This document shows positions 1-7,160 of a DNA stretch of 30,337 nt, piece by piece; the stretch's first letter is position 1; each line of letters begins with the position of its first letter. The position numbers were made by a program, and so were the translations under genes. The stretch is from positions 1-30,337 of IMG/VR virus record IMGVR_UViG_3300025718_000221; one strand, given 5' to 3'. The stretch comes from a virus. Taxonomy: Duplodnaviria > Caudoviricetes. The notes beneath the pieces are model-generated. The model did not search any database. It worked only from the letters and a program-made list of their open reading frames with translations, and was not told the DNA's origin.

Positions 1-807
1 ATGGAACGAATTGCGGACGTTAAGAATGCTGATAAAAATATTAAAAATGAAATATTGATTGGTGATTCAAATGTATATGGAAATGTAAAAGAATATATTA
101 AAGATTGTAAATTAAGGACAAATTCAGTAATTGGAAGAGAATTATTAATCACTGCTAGTCCTGATTTTTTTAAAGGATTAGGTACTGCTGAATTAGAAAT
201 ATGGAAACAGGAAAATGTGAAATGGCTCAAAAGCAACTTTGGAGAAAATTGTATATATTCAGTTTTGCATAAAGATGAAAAAACTTGGCATATCCATAGT
301 TTAATAATTCCGAGGTTTAAGAATAAAAAGAATCAACTCATATTAGCTAATTCAAGGTATTTCGATGGTATTAGCAAGTTTCAAGAATGGCAGACCAATT
401 ATGCCAAAGGAATTGGAACACACTTTAAATCGCTTAATAGGGGCATTAAATACAGTAAAATGAAGCACATTCAATTGAAAACTTTTTATGCTATGCTTCA
501 GCAAAAAACAAATGAAAAAGATATTCCTCAATTAGTGGCTAAAGCTAAAAATGCTGAATTATTAGAAATTAAAATTCAAGCCGTTCAAAAAACACTTGAG
601 GTATATAAAAATTACAACTCTAAAAATGAATTAGTCTTGCAGGAGTCCAAGGAGCTAATAGCAGATATATCCAAAATAAAAAAGAATTCAGAAAATTATA
701 AAGACGTTTTAAGTCTGCTTAGTCAGCAATATAAAATACCCCAATATTCTATAAAAGAGGCAATTAGAATTTGTGAAAATATAAGTGAAAAGGAGAATGA
801 AAAATAA
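1..807 (+). CDS. mobV: MobV/Pre family relaxase (plasmid recombination enzyme), probably 5'-truncated by the window edge
   Basis: ELLITASPDFF (MOBV motif II) and SVLHKDEKTWHIH (HxDE..HxH motif III), followed by a coiled-coil C-terminus. The N-terminal motif I His is not seen, so the true start is probably upstream of base 1. Confidence 0.9.
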   Translation: MERIADVKNADKNIKNEILIGDSNVYGNVKEYIKDCKLRTNSVIGRELLITASPDFFKGLGTAELEIWKQENVKWLKSNFGENCIYSVLHKDEKTWHIHSLIIPRFKNKKNQLILANSRYFDGISKFQEWQTNYAKGIGTHFKSLNRGIKYSKMKHIQLKTFYAMLQQKTNEKDIPQLVAKAKNAELLEIKIQAVQKTLEVYKNYNSKNELVLQESKELIADISKIKKNSENYKDVLSLLSQQYKIPQYSIKEAIRICENISEKENEK

Positions 808-1160
808 TGTGGGACATGAAGGAAATTAGATGTGGATGCAATACATGTCATGTAAATGTTGAACCGATAAATCATTTTACTAGTGTGGATGGTAGAATAC
901 TTTGTGATGAGCATAGTAAAGGGGTAGAGCCTTGTAGTATAAAACTTAAAGAAATTATAATGCATGAAAAGACTAAAAATTTATTTGGAAAAATTGAATA
1001 TCTTTATAATAGTAAAAGTGGAACAAAAATTGGAGAAATTATATATTTTAAAGATAAAAAATCATTTGAAGAAGAATTAAATGAATGTTATGACGTAGGA
1101 ATACCAATTAATCCAGTAAAATATAATCAAAATGAAGCCGAGAATGAAAGGGAGAAATAG
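807..1160 (+). CDS. Hypothetical protein with possible Zn-binding motif
   Basis: AAGGAG RBS near 790, start overlaps the mob stop; CGCNTC...LCDEH pattern. Confidence 0.65.
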   Translation: MWDMKEIRCGCNTCHVNVEPINHFTSVDGRILCDEHSKGVEPCSIKLKEIIMHEKTKNLFGKIEYLYNSKSGTKIGEIIYFKDKKSFEEELNECYDVGIPINPVKYNQNEAENEREK

Positions 1161-1343
1161 ATGGATAATAAATTTGAACTAATATATGAAGATACTCAGC
1201 ACTCAGAAATGTTAGGAGAATTAAAAAATGAAGAGACACAGTGTTGGGAAAATATGAGACATACTAGAGCAGTTGAAAGTATAAATAATAGAGGAGATAA
1301 TTTATGTAAAGAAAAAGATGATTGGGAATTATGTAAAGAATAA
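1161..1343 (+). CDS. Small acidic hypothetical protein
   Basis: GGGAG RBS at 1150-1154, abuts the upstream stop, followed by a long hairpin. Confidence 0.55.
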   Translation: MDNKFELIYEDTQHSEMLGELKNEETQCWENMRHTRAVESINNRGDNLCKEKDDWELCKE

Positions 1344-1349
1344 AGAGTT

Positions 1350-1397
1350 CCGTAGAAAATGTAAGGGATTAAAATATTACCCTTGCATTTTTTACGG
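1350..1397 (+). terminator. Long inverted repeat / probable terminator between convergent genes
   Basis: ccgtagaaaatgtaaggg (1350-1367) pairs with cccttgcattttttacgg (1380-1397). Confidence 0.6.
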
Positions 1398-1406
1398 TTA
1401 CATAAA
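1379..1406. repeat. Imperfect 28-bp direct repeat, copy 1
   Basis: acccttgcattttttacggttacataaa; 23/28 identical to 2417-2444. Confidence 0.6.
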
Positions 1407-1425
1407 ATTAATTCATAAAAGTACC

Positions 1426-1869
1426 TTAGTTCTTATTTGAATTAAAACTTGAAAACATAGCCACAATCATAAAACCGATAAATATTATAGCACCAACAAG
1501 TTGAAACATAATTAAACTTTTCCAGACTGCAAATATAATAACAAATATACTTGTTGCAATCAATATAACACTCAATATTCTTCCTATTATCTCTTCTTCT
1601 AAAAAATTATTAATAAGATGTAAAATTGAAAAAATCATTACTGCCATTACTATAGCTACTGCGAACACTCCTAATGCCAAATCATGACGATTAGTTTGCA
1701 TATATTTAATTACAAAATCAAATGTGTTGATATTAGGTATACTATTCAGCATATTAACAATAAGTCTTTTACTACATTCTATAATAAATAAACAGGTGAA
1801 AATTATTAAAGCAAAAAATGATTTATTTAAAAGTGTATTAGGTATGGTTAGGTTTTCTTTGTTTTCCAT
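1426..1869 (-). CDS. Integral membrane protein (about 4 TM helices), accessory gene
   Basis: Four hydrophobic segments; GGAAGGT RBS upstream on the minus strand. Confidence 0.8.
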   Translation of the reverse strand: MENKENLTIPNTLLNKSFFALIIFTCLFIIECSKRLIVNMLNSIPNINTFDFVIKYMQTNRHDLALGVFAVAIVMAVMIFSILHLINNFLEEEIIGRILSVILIATSIFVIIFAVWKSLIMFQLVGAIIFIGFMIVAMFSSFNSNKN

Positions 1870-1980
1870 TATAAATACCTTCCTTCAATATTCTATTGTT
1901 CTATTATATTATTAACATAAGGTAAAGTATGTATGAATTTATTAAATTAAGTATATTCTAAAAAGTAGTACCAAATACAA

Positions 1981-2009
1981 TTGATATAAAGAGTATATAG
2001 TGTTAAAAT
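1981..2009 (+). promoter_or_regulatory. Sigma-A type promoter for the 102-aa gene
   Basis: TTGATA (1981-1986), 17 bp, TAAAAT (2004-2009), with extended TGn. Confidence 0.6.
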
Positions 2010-2036
2010 GTAAATAAATGGAATAAAACTGAGGGA

Positions 2037-2345
2037 GTGGGGATAATGAAAATACGATTTATAGAAATGAATGAACAGAATAATGTATTAATGGAAACTA
2101 ACAATGCAGAATGGTTAAGTGCTATATTTAATAGAAATACCCAAATATATATTACACAAGTAAAAGAAATATTGGTATGTGAATATGTTTATAATGTATT
2201 GAAAATATTAGAAAATGAAATGGACATTTTTGTGAATATTACTGATAGTGATGAAATAAAAGAATTGACACCTGAGGAATTGAAAATAAAAAAAGACATT
2301 AAAAAGAAATTAATGAAAACAAATATATTTGAAGAACTTAACTAA
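2037..2345 (+). CDS. Hypothetical protein (start may be ATG 2046)
   Basis: GAGGGAG RBS, own promoter and terminator. Confidence 0.65.
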   Translation: MGIMKIRFIEMNEQNNVLMETNNAEWLSAIFNRNTQIYITQVKEILVCEYVYNVLKILENEMDIFVNITDSDEIKELTPEELKIKKDIKKKLMKTNIFEELN

Positions 2346-2351
2346 AATAAG

Positions 2352-2384
2352 AAGATTAGGCTCTTTAAAAAGCTTAGTCTTTTT
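2352..2384 (+). terminator. Intrinsic terminator
   Basis: aagattaggct / agcttagtctt stem followed by a T tract. Confidence 0.75.
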
Positions 2385-2416
2385 GTATGCAATGAAATTT
2401 CAATGCTACGAAGAAA

Positions 2417-2444
2417 ACCCTTGTAAACTTTACGGCTACATAAA
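2417..2444. repeat. Imperfect 28-bp direct repeat, copy 2
   Basis: acccttgtaaactttacggctacataaa; 23/28 identical to 1379-1406. Confidence 0.6.
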
Positions 2445-2475
2445 TAATTAAAAGGTATGATAAATATAAATGACT

Positions 2476-2510
2476 AAATAAAAGGTTATCTGTGGGATAA
2501 CCTTTTATTT
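2476..2510. terminator. Perfect 15-bp inverted repeat, bidirectional terminator-like
   Basis: aaataaaaggttatc-tgtgg-gataaccttttattt. Confidence 0.6.
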
Positions 2511-2635
2511 TATCTTATTAAAGAATGTTATTGATATTTTATCATATAATATTTAAAGCCCATTTGCTAGACGTTGTGTAGCTAATGATTATAACTAGAG
2601 GTTTAAAGTTGAAAATAATAAAATGAATAGGGGGT

Positions 2636-3823
2636 TTGATGATGCCAGATACTGCAAATATGGATTTAACAGAGTTCAATAAATGGGAATGTAAAGTAAC
2701 GAAAAATGTATATTCATTTGAGGTATTATGTAATTTAATTAAAGATGGTTATGAAAGAAAACATGGTGGAATAGTTTTAAATCCTGATTATCAAAGAGAA
2801 TATAAATTTAACAGACAAAAAGAGTCAAGTATCATAGAATCATTACTGGTTAATATTCCAATACCAATAATTTATCTTTCTCAGGATACTGAGCAAGATA
2901 AAGTATTATTGAATGTTATAGATGGTGCTCATAGATTAAAGGCTATGTATAGATATAAAAACAATAAATACCCATTAACAGAATTATCTAGACTTAAAGG
3001 GCTTAGCAATATGAAATACAGAGAGCTTCCACCGAATGTTAGAAATCGTTTAGATATGAGGAGTCAAGTAAATGTAGAAAGCATTGATGTTTCAGATAAT
3101 GAAGAATTAGAGTATGAAATATTCATTAGGTTTAATCAGGCTACAAATCCATTGACTAAACAAGAACTTAATGAAGTAGTATTTCGTTCTGAATTTTCAC
3201 TTTGGTTAAAAGATATATTAATTGAAAAATTAACTGCTAAAATGATATTTAGAAGTATATTCAAACATAACACTACTAGAGCTAAAGATAAAACTGTAAA
3301 TTACGATTTATATGCATGCCTTGGTTATTCATATGCTGGACTCGTAGATAAAAAAAATGATACCCCTTATTATGTTAGTAGATTTATGTGTGAGATGAAA
3401 AAATTATCAGGAAATGAATTAGAGTTAAAGAAACTAGAAGTTGAAGAATATTTAAATAAGTTCTTAGAATTTTATCATAAAATTACACTGAACGTAGGGA
3501 TAGTAAATATATGTTCTAAAGAATTTGTTACAAAGATAATTCCAAAAAGGAATCACAATTTCTTAATAAGTATGCTTATACCATTAACTTTGTCCTACGA
3601 TTATTTATTGCTTAAAGGTTTCTTTGATAACGGGAAAGGTTTAACAGACATTGATACGATAGAAGCATACGATGCCATTGTAAAGGGAATGAATAAAGCA
3701 GATTTTATAGACTTTGGTGGTGTTTCATCTACTAGTTACCGATTTCAAAAGAAATGTATAGATTGCATTAAAGAATCTATTGATGAAATGATAATAAAAC
3801 GTAAAAATCTAATAATACTATAG
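2636..3823 (+). CDS. DUF262 (ParB/Srx-like NTPase, GmrSD N-terminal type) domain protein, possible defence gene
   Basis: PDYQREY, IESLLVNIPIPIIY, VIDGAHRL (variant of DGQQR) and IFIRFNQ motifs. AGGGGG RBS at 2629-2634 favours ATG 2642. Confidence 0.85.
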   Translation: MMMPDTANMDLTEFNKWECKVTKNVYSFEVLCNLIKDGYERKHGGIVLNPDYQREYKFNRQKESSIIESLLVNIPIPIIYLSQDTEQDKVLLNVIDGAHRLKAMYRYKNNKYPLTELSRLKGLSNMKYRELPPNVRNRLDMRSQVNVESIDVSDNEELEYEIFIRFNQATNPLTKQELNEVVFRSEFSLWLKDILIEKLTAKMIFRSIFKHNTTRAKDKTVNYDLYACLGYSYAGLVDKKNDTPYYVSRFMCEMKKLSGNELELKKLEVEEYLNKFLEFYHKITLNVGIVNICSKEFVTKIIPKRNHNFLISMLIPLTLSYDYLLLKGFFDNGKGLTDIDTIEAYDAIVKGMNKADFIDFGGVSSTSYRFQKKCIDCIKESIDEMIIKRKNLIIL

Positions 3824-3850
3824 ACTAGGCTCATTGCTTAGTCTTTTTTT
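3822..3850 (+). terminator. Intrinsic terminator
   Basis: agactaggc-tcatt-gcttagtct followed by a T run. Confidence 0.8.
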
Positions 3851-4105
3851 AATTACTCTGAATTTACCCTATACTTATACCTATAAACTCACATAGTCTG
3901 TTACAAATCAAATTAGGTGGTATATGATAGGGTACGACACGCATATATAACCTAAAAACAGTTATCACTTTGAGTGATAAGAGATTATATCGTCTGTAAT
4001 GAATTATAAAAGTTGCCTATATAACTATTACCTAATAATTTTTTAAGTAGCTTAGAATTGATGTGAGATGGCATTTAGAAAAACTTATATTAGAATATTT
4101 AAAAT

Positions 4106-4135
4106 AAAAAAAGGACACGATCTATTTCGTGTCCT
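4106..4135 (-). terminator. Intrinsic terminator of the RHH gene, overlapping its stop codon
   Basis: aggacacga (4112-4120) / tcgtgtcct (4127-4135) stem; the A run at 4106-4112 gives a U tract on the minus strand. Confidence 0.75.
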
Positions 4136-4286
4136 CATCCTCTAATTCCCCTAAATATCTAGTAATAATTGTGGTTATCAAGTTTGCGGTAGTCCTGCAT
4201 TCTTTATCTGCTTGTTTCTCTAATTTCTCTTTTAATTCGGTTTTGATAGTTAATACGATTCTCGTAGAACCTTTTGCAACTCCCAC
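4122..4286 (-). CDS. Ribbon-helix-helix (CopG/Arc-like) DNA-binding protein, 54 aa, absent from the ORF track
   Basis: My translation: MGVAKGSTRIVLTIKTELKEKLEKQADKECRTTANLITTIITRYLGELEDEDTK. GAGGTG RBS 7 nt before GTG; beta-strand (TRIVLTI) then two helices; has its own promoter and terminator. Confidence 0.85.
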   Translation of the reverse strand: MGVAKGSTRIVLTIKTELKEKLEKQADKECRTTANLITTIITRYLGELEDEDTK

Positions 4287-4307
4287 ATTAAATCACCTCT
4301 TGATATC

Positions 4308-4316
4308 ATTATAGCA
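4308..4316 (-). promoter_or_regulatory. Extended -10 promoter of the RHH gene
   Basis: Minus strand reads TGcTATAAT; a TGATATCA palindrome (4301-4308) lies over the predicted +1. Confidence 0.6.
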
Positions 4317-4377
4317 TCACTTTGTGTAAATGTGATAACACTTGTAAAAATAAACTGAAAAATATTTTAAAAAAGTG

Positions 4378-4406
4378 TTGACATGTGATATCACATGATG
4401 TATATT
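4378..4406 (+). promoter_or_regulatory. Strong sigma-A promoter with a palindromic operator in its spacer
   Basis: TTGACA (4378-4383), 17 bp, TATATT (4401-4406). Perfect 16-bp palindrome CATGTGATATCACATG at 4382-4397; 13/15 copy at 4330-4344. Confidence 0.8.
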
Positions 4407-4464
4407 TAACTTATGGAAAACAAATCCAACGTTTTCATAGAAAATAATAAGGGGGAATTATAAA

Positions 4465-4737
4465 ATGAGTAAGATGCAAAAATTATACGGGTACATGTTA
4501 GCTATCGAGGAAGAATTTAGAATCGGTACAGAGGTAGAAATTAAAGAAATGGTTAAAAAAGTAGGTCAACCACTTTGGATTAAAACATTAATTTCTAGTC
4601 AAGAATTAGTAGGGTTTATGGCTGAAGGAATAGAAGTTATTGAAGGTTATTATATTACATCAGACGAAACGTGTGAAGTTTGTGGTGAAGAAGAAGATTG
4701 GGAAGTAGTTAAATTATCAAATTTAGTATTAGTTTAA
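4465..4737 (+). CDS. Acidic hypothetical protein with CxxC, first gene of the signalling operon
   Basis: AAGGGGG RBS; directly downstream of the 4378 promoter. Confidence 0.75.
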   Translation: MSKMQKLYGYMLAIEEEFRIGTEVEIKEMVKKVGQPLWIKTLISSQELVGFMAEGIEVIEGYYITSDETCEVCGEEEDWEVVKLSNLVLV

Positions 4738-4798
4738 TATAATAGGCGTTGCCTAAAGGGTTTAAAGAAAAGATTAATTTTTAAGGGGATAAATAATA

Positions 4799-5731
4799 AT
4801 GGGTATTTGCAGAAATGAAATCTACTGGTGCAATCTTAAAGAATCTTATAAATATTGTCTTACTGGAATTCACCCAGTTATTATTATATCGTCTTTCAAA
4901 CACTTACTTAAAAATGATTTAATACAAGTAATACCAGTAACAAGTAATGTTAAAAAAGTATGTAAAAGTCATATTGAAATTAATCAATGTGGACTTAAAA
5001 AAAATAGTAAAATTGAGTGTGAGCAGATTCTAACTGTAAATCGTATTGATTTAAAAGAAAAAATAGGTAAAATAAGCAATGTTAAAATGTTTGAGGTTAA
5101 TAATATTCTAAAACAACACTTACAATTAGACGGAAAATTTAAGAATTTGGAATCAGTAGACTTGGAGGAGTTGTTTTTCAAGGGGGAAATTAAAATGGGG
5201 AATAAAAGAGAATTAAATATATTAAAAAGTAGGGCAAGATTATCTTATTTAGAAGAAGATTATGAAAAATGCATAGATCATTGCAGTAAACTTATTGATA
5301 AAACAAAATTGAATGAATTTTTATGGTATGGATATTACGCAAAAAGTTTAAGTTATATGAAGTTAAATAAAATAGAATGTGCTTTAAAATGTGCAGAATC
5401 AAGTCTTAAATATATAAATGTAGTGGATGTGTTTAGTCAGGATTTCTGCTTGAGTATGCAGTGTATGGCTAGGTGTTATGCTGACACAAATATAGATAAA
5501 AGTATTGAGGTTTATAAAACTCTAAGTAATATATATAGAGAGGCAACAAATAACAGACTAAGGTTGAGTTGTATTTTTAACATAGCAAGTTTAAAACATA
5601 ATTTATCTGCAATGAAGCGATTAATTAACATAGTGGAAAATACAATTGACACAAAATGGTATTTTTTTGATAACAAAGAGCAATTCTTAGAAAATATGAA
5701 ATTTGAATTATCTACCTTAACAGGTATTTAA
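4799..5731 (+). CDS. PemK/MazF-fold N-terminal domain fused to a TPR domain; putative RRNPP-like peptide receptor
   Basis: aa 1-110 follow the MazF pattern (RNEIYWCNL..GIHPVIIIS..VIPVTS..H..GLKKNSKIECEQILTV..L.EKIGKI). aa 133-310 are TPR-like helical repeats (YEKCIDHCSKLI, YYAKSLSYMKLNKIECALKCAESSL, MARCYA..IDKSIEVYK). Confidence 0.85.
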   Translation: MGICRNEIYWCNLKESYKYCLTGIHPVIIISSFKHLLKNDLIQVIPVTSNVKKVCKSHIEINQCGLKKNSKIECEQILTVNRIDLKEKIGKISNVKMFEVNNILKQHLQLDGKFKNLESVDLEELFFKGEIKMGNKRELNILKSRARLSYLEEDYEKCIDHCSKLIDKTKLNEFLWYGYYAKSLSYMKLNKIECALKCAESSLKYINVVDVFSQDFCLSMQCMARCYADTNIDKSIEVYKTLSNIYREATNNRLRLSCIFNIASLKHNLSAMKRLINIVENTIDTKWYFFDNKEQFLENMKFELSTLTGI

Positions 5732-5762
5732 AATATATATTATAAAAGGAGAAATGATTAAC

Positions 5763-5900
5763 ATGAAAAAAACAAATGTAGTAGTAACAGGAGCAGTCTT
5801 AACAGTATTGGTTGGAGGATTAATAATTGGTAATGTAGCAGATGTAAAGACTGTTGAAAAACCAAAAGTAATTTGCCATATTGACCCTCCGATAGTTTAA
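5763..5900 (+). CDS. Secreted signalling propeptide, 45 aa (Phr/AimP/Qsp-like), absent from the ORF track
   Basis: My translation: MKKTNVVVTGAVLTVLVGGLIIGNVADVKTVEKPKVICHIDPPIV. AAGGAG RBS; basic N-terminus, hydrophobic core, polar linker, Pro-containing tail. Starts 31 nt after the TPR gene. Confidence 0.8.
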   Translation: MKKTNVVVTGAVLTVLVGGLIIGNVADVKTVEKPKVICHIDPPIV

Positions 5901-5931
5901 AATTTAAAAAGAAATTTAACGCAAAAAAAGC

Positions 5932-5960
5932 TTGACTCTAACAAATGAATAGTGTAATAT
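5932..5960 (+). promoter_or_regulatory. Sigma-A promoter for the early/replication operon leader
   Basis: TTGACT (5932-5937), 17 bp, TAATAT (5955-5960). Confidence 0.6.
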
Positions 5961-6120
5961 AAGAACGGACGAAAAGTTTACAGGGGATAGCTGACACTAT
6001 TTCCCTATATCCATTTATTAACTTTATCTATATCTTAACCAACTATTTAAAATTTATACCTGCTACAAAAATAAACTATGGAAGGGAAGTGAATCATATA
6101 AGAAATTATCTATTAAATAC

Positions 6121-6149
6121 ATAATAACACCCATTTTATCGAATTGCAA
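6121..6149 (-). promoter_or_regulatory. Antisense sigma-A promoter within the leader
   Basis: Minus strand TTGCAA, 17 bp, TATTAT with extended TGn; no minus-strand gene downstream. Confidence 0.55.
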
Positions 6150-6242
6150 GACATTTAACTGTGCTAAACGAAAATTTCTTACAGTTAAATTATATTTACT
6201 AACAAAATAAAATTAAAATACCCACGGGAGGGGATTATCAAA

Positions 6243-7160
6243 ATGGAATTTATAAAAAGGACTTGTAAAAAAACTAGACAACAATTATTGAATAAAATAT
6301 TAGAGGAAGAAACGGAGAAATTAAGAAAAAAGTGTTTCCCATATAAAAAGAAAAAACTATTACGTGATGAAGTTATTATTAGAGAATCAAATTTTGAAAA
6401 TGATACACAAGCAGGACAATATAATTATACAGATAAAAAACATATAATTTTAGTGGACAAATTAACATTATATAGTGTTCATAAAATGCCTGCAAGTTGG
6501 ATTAGGAAGGATTACTATAAGAAAGTTAAAAATATTGTTAAACACGAACTAATCCATGCTTTAGTAGAACAAGAATTTGAACATATCTGTAAAAATATAA
6601 TAGGTAAAAACAGAGATGCAAGTCCAGTTTTTCTAACAGTACTAAATTGGTGTCAAGGAGTTAGCCATCATAAATGTTTTGAGAAATTTGAACATACAGA
6701 CAATTATATAGAAAGTAATTGTTGTATAAATACATATGAAGATTTGTTCTACTACATAATTGAAATGTTATATAACTATAATAAATCAATAAAAAATTTA
6801 GAATACATAAGCAATGAAAAAGATTATCTTGAACAAAAAGGGAAAATTGGATTAAATATTATATCAAATAAATTTGAATTTGCTAATAGAGAATGTGGAT
6901 TTACTAAAAGTGTAGAAGTTAAAAGAATAAATATGTTTAAAGAGAATAACAAATTTCGTAAAAAACATACAAACATATTAAGAACTTGGGAAATAGGATG
7001 TAATATACTGCCTGAGCAAATAGCTGAACTATATAATAAAAAAGAATCATGTGATGCTAGTAATTATAATTATGCTAAATCTATAGCAGAATTTGAAAAT
7101 GGTGAATTAAAAACTTTAAAAGTATTAAAAGAGAAAAAGAACTTCGGAGATAATTTATAA
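6243..7160 (+). CDS. Zincin-type metalloprotease-like protein (SprT/ImmA-like HExxH)
   Basis: AGQY..HIILVD..IVKHELIHAL; a downstream His pair (VSHH) could supply a third ligand; GGAGGGG RBS. Confidence 0.65.
   Translation: MEFIKRTCKKTRQQLLNKILEEETEKLRKKCFPYKKKKLLRDEVIIRESNFENDTQAGQYNYTDKKHIILVDKLTLYSVHKMPASWIRKDYYKKVKNIVKHELIHALVEQEFEHICKNIIGKNRDASPVFLTVLNWCQGVSHHKCFEKFEHTDNYIESNCCINTYEDLFYYIIEMLYNYNKSIKNLEYISNEKDYLEQKGKIGLNIISNKFEFANRECGFTKSVEVKRINMFKENNKFRKKHTNILRTWEIGCNILPEQIAELYNKKESCDASNYNYAKSIAEFENGELKTLKVLKEKKNFGDNL

Noticed and set aside
3855-4075. Noncoding gap with weak dyads as oriT or a single-strand origin
   Set aside because: MOBV oriT normally lies upstream of mob, outside this window; no recognisable nick or sso consensus was seen.
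4129-4314. 61-aa plus-strand ORF in the track
   Set aside because: Antisense shadow of the RHH gene, which has an RBS, promoter, terminator and a recognisable fold.
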